The translations under genes and the position numbers were made by a program. 32,000 bases of DNA, taken from Bellilinea caldifistulae. GTDB taxonomy: Bacteria; Chloroflexota; Anaerolineae; Anaerolineales; Anaerolineaceae. How positions within the stretch are numbered: the first letter of the stretch is position 1; each line of letters starts with the position of its first letter. Below are positions 25,740 through 32,000 of the stretch, piece by piece. Under the pieces are notes generated by a model, which made no database searches, had not been told where the DNA came from, and was given only the letters and a program-made list of their open reading frames with translations. The DNA lies in NCBI RefSeq assembly GCF_001306055.1, contig NZ_LGHJ01000015.1:1-32000 (forward strand). The letters are read 5' to 3'.

Positions 25740-27071
25740 GTGAGCCTCTCCATTTCCATGATTCAGATTGGGATCGGTTTTGGGCTGGCGCTGATCATAT
25801 CGCTGGCAGCTTACGCGGTACATTCACTCAGCCGCAGCGGAGCGCTGGCCGCCACCCTGTTGGGGACGGCTGTCTTCGGACTGGGCGGGCTGCCCTGGGC
25901 GGTGTTGCTGCTGGGCTTCTTTATTTCATCCAGCCTGCTTTCGCGGCTGTTCCGTCGCCGCAAGCAAAGCGTGGAGGAAAAGTTTTCCAAAGGCAGCCGG
26001 CGGGATGCTGCTCAGGTGGCTGCCAACGGCGGAATTGCCGGGCTGCTGGCGCTGGTCCAGGCTGTTTTTCCCGCTTCGCCCCTGCCGTGGCTGGCTGCGG
26101 CTGCCGCGCTGGCAGCCGCCAACGCCGATACCTGGGCAACCGAATTGGGCGTTCTCAGTCCGACTCTGCCGCGCCTGATTACCACCGGCAAGGCGGTGGA
26201 AAGGGGGACTTCCGGCGGGCTGACGCCGCTGGGTACGTTAGCCGCCCTGGGCGGCGCGGCTTTGATCGGCTTGCTGGCGGTGCTGTTCCCGCCGGCGGAG
26301 GTGATGCTCCCGGCGATGGCTGTTTTTGGTCTGGTCACGCTGGCCGGCCTGCTGGGCAGTCTGGTCGATTCGCTGCTGGGGGCAACCGTACAGGCCATTT
26401 ACACCTGTCCGCAGTGTGCCAGGGAGACCGAACGCCATCCGCTGCATTCCTGCGGCACACCCACCCGGCGGGTGCGCGGCTGGCGCTGGCTGAATAACGA
26501 CGGCGTCAACGCCGCCTGCACGCTCAGCGCGGCAGGAGCGGCGGCGTTGTGCGCCGCTTTGCTTTTACCGGGGAGGATTTCACCGGTTCATTCGCTTCTC
26601 GAAGGAGGTAGTTCGATGAAAATCAGCAGTCCTGCGTTCCGCGATGCAGCCAACATCCCGGCCCGGTTCACCTGTGAGGGGGAGAATCTTTCCCCGCAAC
26701 TGGATTGGAGCGGTGTCCCGGCTGGCGCGCGCAGTCTGGCGCTGGTGGTCAGCGATCCGGATGCGCCCGGCGGTACCTTCATCCATTGGGTGCTGTACAA
26801 CCTGCCACCCCAGACGACCGGTTTACCGGAAGGCCTGCCGACCAGCGAACGGTTGAGCAGCGGCGCGTCCCAGGGGCGCAACGACTTTGGGCGAATCGGC
26901 TACGGCGGGCCGTGCCCCCCGCCCGGCAAGCCGCACCGCTACATTTTCACCCTGTATGCGCTGGATTTAGCCCCCGACCTGCCGGCTGGTTTGAATGCCG
27001 CCCGGCTCAACAACCTGATGCGCGGTCACATCCTCGAACAGGCCTCTCTGACCGGCCTCTATCAGCGTTGA
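25740..27071 (+). CDS. In-frame fusion ORF: DUF92/TMEM19-like integral membrane domain plus C-terminal YbhB/YbcL (PEBP, Raf-kinase-inhibitor-like) domain
   Basis: The N-terminal part has multiple TMs with …DAAQVAANGG… and …ADTWATELG…, typical of DUF92. The C-terminal 151 aa reads MKISSPAFRDAANIPARFTCEGENLSPQLDWSGVPAGARSLALVVSDPDAPGGTFIHWVLYNLP…GYGGPCPPPGKPHRYIFTLYALD, a bacterial PEBP. No stop codon separates them. The start is uncertain (GTG 25740, ATG 25701 or ATG 25758). A perfect SD plus ATG sits at 26601-26618. Confidence 0.75.
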   Translation: MSLSISMIQIGIGFGLALIISLAAYAVHSLSRSGALAATLLGTAVFGLGGLPWAVLLLGFFISSSLLSRLFRRRKQSVEEKFSKGSRRDAAQVAANGGIAGLLALVQAVFPASPLPWLAAAAALAAANADTWATELGVLSPTLPRLITTGKAVERGTSGGLTPLGTLAALGGAALIGLLAVLFPPAEVMLPAMAVFGLVTLAGLLGSLVDSLLGATVQAIYTCPQCARETERHPLHSCGTPTRRVRGWRWLNNDGVNAACTLSAAGAAALCAALLLPGRISPVHSLLEGGSSMKISSPAFRDAANIPARFTCEGENLSPQLDWSGVPAGARSLALVVSDPDAPGGTFIHWVLYNLPPQTTGLPEGLPTSERLSSGASQGRNDFGRIGYGGPCPPPGKPHRYIFTLYALDLAPDLPAGLNAARLNNLMRGHILEQASLTGLYQR

Positions 27072-27122
27072 GTTCCTTCGCCGCCTTCCAAATGTTCAAA
27101 ATTGGCCAGGGGAGGGCCATCA

Positions 27123-28229
27123 TCAGTCCTTATAACCATCCTTGTCGCCTCCCCCTTTACCGGAATTATCGTCATCTCCGCCCTTGCCCGAGTCGTCATC
27201 GGTTGCCTTGCCCGAGTCATCGGATTGGGTGGCGGTGAGGATGGGGCGTGGGGTTGGCGAAGACTGCGGCGTCAGCGTGGCGGTTGAAACGGTGGTTTCG
27301 GTCAGGGTGGGGGTGATAAGGTTGGGGGTAAAGGTCGGCGTTTGGGGCGGGTTCAGGCGGCCGGCGCGCGCGCTGAGCGCCAGAAAGTCATTTTCACCCA
27401 CCCGGATGGCCGTGACCGAAATCGGCTTTCCCACCTCCGGCGTGCCTTCCAGCTCCGCCAGACTGGGCAGGCGCACCCGCACGCCTTCGATGATCCACTC
27501 CTGCTCGGTTTGGGATTGGAGTATGCCGCCGATTGGATAAAGGCGCAGACGCATGTCGGTGACTTCCAAACCCTGCTGGCCGCGCACAAAACCGCGAATA
27601 TCCACATACCCGCCTGCCATCGAACCGGCAGCGGCTTGCAGCGAACCACTGAGGCTGAAATCAATCCCGCCAGCCGACCATTGATCGTAGCCGTCTTGAA
27701 TACGGCGGGTGAGAAATCCGCTGAACTCGACCGGCTGCTCTTTACCGGCAAGGATCAACCGGCGCACTTCTTCCGCCCGGCGCTGATCGAAGGTATCTTC
27801 CAGGGCAATGCGGCCCAGGGCATCCCCGCTCAGCGCCAGCTGGGCCTGTTCCACCGAACGTTTCATCCCATACAAGGGCTGACCGGGCAGGGAGCGGCCG
27901 GAAGCCAGCGCCAGCCCAAAGACCGCCACCAGCACCAGCATCACCGCCGAAAGCAGCAACGGGGCAAACCGCGGCAGGGCAAAGGCACGTTTCGGCTGCC
28001 GACGAGCCTGCCGGGCGGCTTCTTCCAGAAACTGCGCCCGGCTGCGCTGATTCCCGCTGACGGGCGGCAGGTAGAGCGCATTGGCTTGAGCCATGCGGGC
28101 GCTTTCCAAAAGCGGGCGCAGTTCTTCCGCCCGTTCGGGATAATCCGCCAGAATCCTTTCCAGCGGTTCCCCGATTTGCATTCTCTGCAAACATTCTTCC
28201 AGTAATTGAGCGGTCTCGCCGGACTTCAT
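27123..28229 (-). CDS. Putative anti-sigma factor / single-pass membrane protein with extracytoplasmic DUF5667/DUF5666-like region and acidic D-S-G-K tail
   Basis: It starts 3 nt after the ECF sigma stop. A cytoplasmic N-terminus of about 85 aa is followed by one TM (FAPLLLSAVMLVLVAVFGLALA). The external part is helical, then beta-rich, then a Pro/Thr linker. The tail reads DDSGKATDDDSGKGGDDDNSGKGGGDKDGYKD. No ZAS HxxxCxxC motif is present. Confidence 0.7.
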   Translation of the reverse strand: MKSGETAQLLEECLQRMQIGEPLERILADYPERAEELRPLLESARMAQANALYLPPVSGNQRSRAQFLEEAARQARRQPKRAFALPRFAPLLLSAVMLVLVAVFGLALASGRSLPGQPLYGMKRSVEQAQLALSGDALGRIALEDTFDQRRAEEVRRLILAGKEQPVEFSGFLTRRIQDGYDQWSAGGIDFSLSGSLQAAAGSMAGGYVDIRGFVRGQQGLEVTDMRLRLYPIGGILQSQTEQEWIIEGVRVRLPSLAELEGTPEVGKPISVTAIRVGENDFLALSARAGRLNPPQTPTFTPNLITPTLTETTVSTATLTPQSSPTPRPILTATQSDDSGKATDDDSGKGGDDDNSGKGGGDKDGYKD

Positions 28230-28232
28230 GGC

Positions 28233-28808
28233 TTAAGCGCCCCTTTCTAACTGACGGCGCAAGGCCGCCAGGGCTCGATACTGTAAAACTTTCACCGCCT
28301 CGACCGATTTTTGCATCACCCGGGCGGTTTCATGCACCGATAATTCCTGAGAAAAGCGCAATGTCAGCACATGCTGCTGCTCGTCGGTCAACTGCCGAAG
28401 AGCGCGGCGGATCTGATGACGGGTGGCATTTTTTTCGGCTTCCTCCGCCGGGTTGTGACCGTTTGGCAGGTGCTCGTGGTGTTCAATTGGTGTGGTGGGG
28501 TGACGGTAGGACTTGCGGTAAAAATCCTGCACCAGATGATGAGCCGTTCCCAGCAGCCAGGCCCGCAGGTTGTCAATGGTCAGATCCTCTTTTTGGAGGG
28601 CTTTCAACAAACGCAGGAAAACTTCGGCGGTGATATCCTCGCAGGTGCGCGGATCATCCACGCGGTAGGACACATACCGAAACACCTGCGGATAAAGCGC
28701 ATCGTGAATGGCTGTCAGCGCCTGTGGCTCAAATTGCTTAGCCCGCCGGAGCAGTTCGGCGGCTTCTTGTGCCTGACGGTTTTGAGCGGTTGGCGGAGTT
28801 CCGGTCAT
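28233..28808 (-). CDS. ECF-type (group 4) sigma-70 family RNA polymerase sigma factor
   Basis: Region 2 (…LYPQVFRYVSYRVDDPRTCEDITAEVFLRLLKAL…) and region 4 (…LTDEQQHVLTLRFSQELSVHETARVMQKSVEAVKVLQYRALAALRRQL) are recognisable. The start is set at ATG 28808 (MTGTPPTAQNR…). The ORF-track start at 28934 would overlap the upstream gene. Confidence 0.85.
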   Translation of the reverse strand: MTGTPPTAQNRQAQEAAELLRRAKQFEPQALTAIHDALYPQVFRYVSYRVDDPRTCEDITAEVFLRLLKALQKEDLTIDNLRAWLLGTAHHLVQDFYRKSYRHPTTPIEHHEHLPNGHNPAEEAEKNATRHQIRRALRQLTDEQQHVLTLRFSQELSVHETARVMQKSVEAVKVLQYRALAALRRQLERGA

Positions 28809-28930
28809 CAAGGTGTTCTCTGTACTGGGGATATTATACTTCCAGCCGCTGTGAAAAGGGCGCTGCCGGGTGTTGGGAAAAGACCACCCGGCAATCCGCA
28901 CCATCTCACCCGTCCACAGGCAGAAATTAC

Positions 28931-30157
28931 TCACTTGCCCTTTCCTTTACCGTAATCATCATCGCCTTTGCCATAATCATCATCGCCGCCCTTGCCGGAA
29001 TTGTCGTCTCCACTCTTGCCGGAATTGTCATCATCGCCGCTTTTACCGGAATTGTCGTCTCCACTCTTGCCGGAGTTGTCATCATCGTCGCTTTTACCGG
29101 AATTGTCGTCTCCACTCTTGCCGGAATTGTCATCTCCCTGGGAAAGCTCGATCTCGCGCGCCAGATAACTGCCGTCGGCCTGCAAGGTGGCATGGACTTT
29201 GACCATCGCTCCGAGCGCCAGCGCGCCTTTGATTTCGGTATTGGCCTGGGTGCGTACCGTGCGCCCGCCGATTACATACACGCCGTTTTGGATGGACTCG
29301 ATCTTGCCGTAGAATTCCACCTCGCCGCTGACCGGCGCGCCGGGGGTGCTGGTTTTGCCAGCATCATCTCCCTGGGAAAGCTCGATCTCGCGCGCCAGAT
29401 AACTACCGTCGGCCTGCAAGGTGGCATGGACTTTGACCATCGCTCCGAGCGCCAGCGCGCCTTTGATTTCGGTATTGGTCTGGGTGCGTACCGTGCGCCC
29501 GCCGATTACATACACGCCGTTTTGGATGGACTCGATCTTGCCGTAGAATTCCACCTCGCCGCTGACCGGCGCGCCGGGGGTAACGGTTGAACCGCTTTTG
29601 GATGAGTCTTCCGTGGCAATTTTATCCGCCAGCAATTGACCGTTCAGAATGCGTCCTTCCACCTCGACAAAACTTCCCGGGCCGATGCCCCCAGCAATCG
29701 CCGTTGTGGAGGTAATCTGAACCGTAACCGCAGAAATCCGCCAGGCGTCGTTCCCCATCTCTTCCACAAAACCGTAGAATTTGAAACTGCTTGGGGAGGA
29801 AGCCGATAAATCCAGTTTGAGCGATTGAGCATACAGAGAATTATCGGGCAGCAAAACCGCTTTGACCTGAACCCGGTCACCGCGTTTGAGCGCGGAAACC
29901 ACCACCGACTGCTCATCCAGCCGGAAGGTCTGGCCATCCACAACGGCGGATTGGGGATTGATTTGTTCCAGTGTGCCGTTCAGTTCGATGCGTGCCAGGC
30001 GCGTTTCAAATGAAGCCGATTCGGCATTAAGCGGTGCGGCTGCCAGAGGGGTGTTGGCAGCATCCACCGTTGCCGGTGCGCAAGCCGACAACCCCAGCAG
30101 AATGAAGACTGCCAGGACGGCCAGCGTTCCCATCCGAAAATTCGATTGAATGTTCAT
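28931..30157 (-). CDS. Secreted lipoprotein with repeated DUF5666-like beta domains and a (D)DDNSGKSG-repeat C-terminal tail
   Basis: ATG at 30157 has GAGGAG 10 nt upstream. MNIQSNFRMGTLAVLAVFILLGLSAC gives a lipobox. At least four OB-like repeats of the DUF5666 pattern are present (…VEFYGKIESIQNGVYVIGGRTVRTQTNTEIKGALALGAMVKVHATLQADGSYLAREIEL…). The tail reads GDDNSGKSGDDNSGKSDDDDNSGKSGDDNSGKSGDDDNSGKSGDDNSGKGGDDDYGKGDDDYGKGKGK. Confidence 0.85.
   Translation of the reverse strand: MNIQSNFRMGTLAVLAVFILLGLSACAPATVDAANTPLAAAPLNAESASFETRLARIELNGTLEQINPQSAVVDGQTFRLDEQSVVVSALKRGDRVQVKAVLLPDNSLYAQSLKLDLSASSPSSFKFYGFVEEMGNDAWRISAVTVQITSTTAIAGGIGPGSFVEVEGRILNGQLLADKIATEDSSKSGSTVTPGAPVSGEVEFYGKIESIQNGVYVIGGRTVRTQTNTEIKGALALGAMVKVHATLQADGSYLAREIELSQGDDAGKTSTPGAPVSGEVEFYGKIESIQNGVYVIGGRTVRTQANTEIKGALALGAMVKVHATLQADGSYLAREIELSQGDDNSGKSGDDNSGKSDDDDNSGKSGDDNSGKSGDDDNSGKSGDDNSGKGGDDDYGKGDDDYGKGKGK
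29132..29599 (-). repeat. Near-identical in-frame 234-bp tandem duplication inside the DUF5666 gene
   Basis: ATCTCCCTGGGAAAGCTCGATCTCGCGCGCCAGATAACT starts at 29132 and again at 29366. The copies 29132-29347 and 29366-29581 (216 bp) differ at only 2 positions, at about 29171/29405 and about 29245/29479. Confidence 0.9.
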
Positions 30158-30286
30158 GGTGATTATTCTCCTCAATAAAATTTGTGTTTATCTATCCGGT
30201 TAGTCGTATTTTTCCGCGAAAAGTTACGGGCAAGCGAGGGAATGGAACAGGAACATCAACCGGTTTTCTGAGGTACAATTCAGCCG

Positions 30287-30466
30287 ATGAACAACCAGAC
30301 CAATCATCGCCAGAAGCGGTTGTACCTTTCCCTGCTGGCGCTGGCGGTGCTGATTTTGACCCCCTTTGGGTTGTATTTTGCCCTGCAGAGCGGCGCCGAC
30401 CGACTGGCAGCCGTTTTGTTTGCCGTGTTAAGCAGCGGCATTCTGCTGGTGATGTGGAGCGGTTAA
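30287..30466 (+). CDS. Possible small membrane protein (59 aa, two TM); below the ORF-track size cut-off
   Basis: The ATG at 30287 gives MNNQTNHRQKRLYLSLLALAVLILTPFGLYFALQSGADRLAAVLFAVLSSGILLVMWSG*, with stop TAA at 30464-30466. It has a positive N-terminus and two hydrophobic helices. No SD is seen. Its stop overlaps the convergent Mrp stop within TTAA. Confidence 0.3.
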   Translation: MNNQTNHRQKRLYLSLLALAVLILTPFGLYFALQSGADRLAAVLFAVLSSGILLVMWSG

Positions 30467-31530
30467 ACCGGGCGGGGTGGGGTTCGCACGGCTTCGACCT
30501 GCTGAATGCGCTCGACGACTGCGCTCAGTTCCGGCAGGTGAACCTCTTCGGCGCGGCCGCTGTCGCAGCGTTCGCACCATTGCGGGTCAATCGGCAGGCG
30601 TGCCAGCAGTGGCGCGCCGGCCGCCTCGCAAATTTCCGGCGCATGACTGGCCCCAAACACGGCGTATTCGCCGCCATCCGCCGGACAGCGAAAATAACTG
30701 TAATTTTCCACTACCCCCAAAATGGGGATGTGAAGGGTTTGCAGCATGTGAACGGCTTTGCGCACTACCAGCGCCGAAAGTCCCTGCGGGGCGGTGACCA
30801 GCACCACCCCGTTGACCGGCAGGGTGCGCAGTACGGTGAGAGCCGCGTCAGAAGTGCCGGGTGGCAAGTCCACCAACAGGACATCCAGTTTGCCCCACAG
30901 CACCTGAGTCCAGAACTGCTGAATGGTGGCGGAAATCAATGCACCGCGCCAGATCACCGGCTGATCGGCTTCCGGCAGCAACAGGTTGGTGGAAACCACC
31001 CGAATGCCCTGGCGGGTAGTCGCCGGTAAAATGCCCTGCTCGCTGCCGCGCAGTCCGCCCGCCGGCAGCCCGAAGAAATGCGGAATGCTCGGGCCGGTAA
31101 GATCGGCATCGAGGATGCCGGTTTTCCAGCCGCGCCGGGTTAATTCCACCGCCAGCAGGGCGGTCAGCGAGGATTTGCCCACCCCGCCTTTGCCGCTCAT
31201 CACCGCAATGACCCGTTGAACCTGATTGAAAGCGTTGAGTTTGGGTAATTGCGGGGTGGCGCTGGCGATCACGGCGCGGCGTTCTTCATCGGTCATTGTC
31301 CCAAAGGTGATCTCCACCTGTTCAAAACCGAGTGGGCGCAGCACCTGTCTGGCGTTGAAAGCCATCTGATCCTTCATCGGGCAGGTTGGCACGGTCAGCG
31401 CCAGGGTGAAGGACAGTCGTCCATCCCCATGCAGGGTCAGATCGCGTACCATGCCCATCTCGACGATGTTGCGCCCGATTTCGGGGTCAATCACCTTGCG
31501 CAGGGCGTTGAGAATGGCGTCCGTTTCCAT
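30463..31530 (-). CDS. Mrp/NBP35/ApbC-family Fe-S cluster carrier ATPase with N-terminal DUF59 (MIP18-like) domain
   Basis: METDAILNALRKVIDPEIGRNIVEMGMVRDL gives the DUF59 domain. The deviant Walker A is VMSGKGGVGKSS, and the C-terminal region reads …YFRCPADGGEYAVFG…. ATG 31530 overlaps the upstream TGA by 1 nt; an alternative GTG lies at 31533. Confidence 0.9.
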   Translation of the reverse strand: METDAILNALRKVIDPEIGRNIVEMGMVRDLTLHGDGRLSFTLALTVPTCPMKDQMAFNARQVLRPLGFEQVEITFGTMTDEERRAVIASATPQLPKLNAFNQVQRVIAVMSGKGGVGKSSLTALLAVELTRRGWKTGILDADLTGPSIPHFFGLPAGGLRGSEQGILPATTRQGIRVVSTNLLLPEADQPVIWRGALISATIQQFWTQVLWGKLDVLLVDLPPGTSDAALTVLRTLPVNGVVLVTAPQGLSALVVRKAVHMLQTLHIPILGVVENYSYFRCPADGGEYAVFGASHAPEICEAAGAPLLARLPIDPQWCERCDSGRAEEVHLPELSAVVERIQQVEAVRTPPRPV

Positions 31531-32000
31531 CACGCGGCAGGTGGTTGCAGGCGCACGCGCATCACGCAGCGCTGACGCGCCCCAAAGCGGTATTTATAAT
31601 CCTCGCCGCCGCGCATGAAATCAAATTCGCGGTAGCGGTTTTCAATCGCCCAGCGGATGAAATGAGAAAGCAGCACCCAGCCGGGTGAATAATCGTTGAA
31701 ACGCCGGTCAAAACCGGAATTGTACAGCCAGACCTGCTGCAAATAATCGAACGCCAGATAGGCGGCGGCTTTTTCCCCGCCAACTTCCAGAAAGACCAGC
31801 CGCAGGCAGCCCAGATCAAACGAGCATCGAATCATCTCGCGCATGGTCTCGCGCATCAATGGAGTCAGGAAGACACGTTTTTCGTCATCCTGCTCCATCA
31901 GGGCAAACAGGGCTTCGATTTCGGCATCCAGCGCGGCACGTTCACTGACCATGTACCAGCGCGCCGGCGGGCTGAGGGTTTCGGCACGGCGCAGTTTACG
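31530..32000 (-). CDS. GNAT-fold acetyltransferase of the FemAB/CelD/BioF2-like type (Acetyltransf_6-like), C-terminal part; the 5' end lies outside the window
   Basis: The frame is open to the window edge (RKLRRAETLSPPARWYMVSERAALDAEIEALF…). The C-terminal …LEVGGEKAAAYLAFDYLQQVWLYNSGFDRRFNDYSPGWVLLSHFIRWAIENRYREFDFMRGGEDYKYRFGA… matches the family by eye. Confidence 0.7.
   Translation of the reverse strand, partial: RKLRRAETLSPPARWYMVSERAALDAEIEALFALMEQDDEKRVFLTPLMRETMREMIRCSFDLGCLRLVFLEVGGEKAAAYLAFDYLQQVWLYNSGFDRRFNDYSPGWVLLSHFIRWAIENRYREFDFMRGGEDYKYRFGARQRCVMRVRLQPPAA

Noticed and set aside
28809-28934. Longer N-terminus for the ECF sigma factor (ORF-track start 28934) and TTG 30175 start for the DUF5666 gene
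   Set aside because: The sigma extension overlaps the upstream stop region and has no sigma homology. For the DUF5666 gene, ATG 30157 has the GAGGAG RBS and yields a proper signal peptide.
29132-29599. Diversity-generating retroelement template/variable repeat pair
   Set aside because: The copies are adjacent and in-frame within one gene. They differ at only 2 sites, without an adenine-specific pattern. No reverse transcriptase is nearby. A plain tandem duplication explains them.

Overview
GC-rich bacterial chromosomal window. The protein features look Chloroflexota/Anaerolineae-like, but that is inference only. About 26 genes are supportable, and most are ordinary transport or envelope genes. 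(1) The 3' end of an IS4/IS5-superfamily transposase at the left edge, then an orphan lipoprotein. (2) A minus-strand BMP/PnrA-type (CUT2-like) ABC importer at 1455-6412, whose double-NBD ATPase is split by a 1-nt frameshift. (3) A GH13 alpha-glucan hydrolase. (4) A five-gene Opp/Dpp-type ABC operon at 9396-16539 with an unusually large 853-aa binding protein. (5) A minus-strand cluster of TPR membrane protein, class-A-PBP-like protein and amidase-signature enzyme (16945-22993); the PBP-like protein has substitutions at most catalytic motif positions of both domains. (6) A DegT-type aminotransferase, a bPH-like membrane protein and an in-frame DUF92-PEBP fusion ORF. (7) A DUF5666 lipoprotein, ECF sigma factor and anti-sigma-like membrane protein that share acidic D-D-N-S-G-K tails. 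(8) An Mrp/ApbC Fe-S carrier and a partial FemAB/CelD-like GNAT. No obvious defence or toxin system, CRISPR array, tRNA or rRNA was seen. The most unusual signal is non-coding: one family of GC-rich repeats occupies at least four intergenic loci. These include an 11-copy head-to-tail 63/59-bp array (8409-9068) and a reverse-oriented array of 99-bp units with nested hairpins (23090-23489). Everything here rests on reading the sequence and ORF translations by eye; no searches were run.
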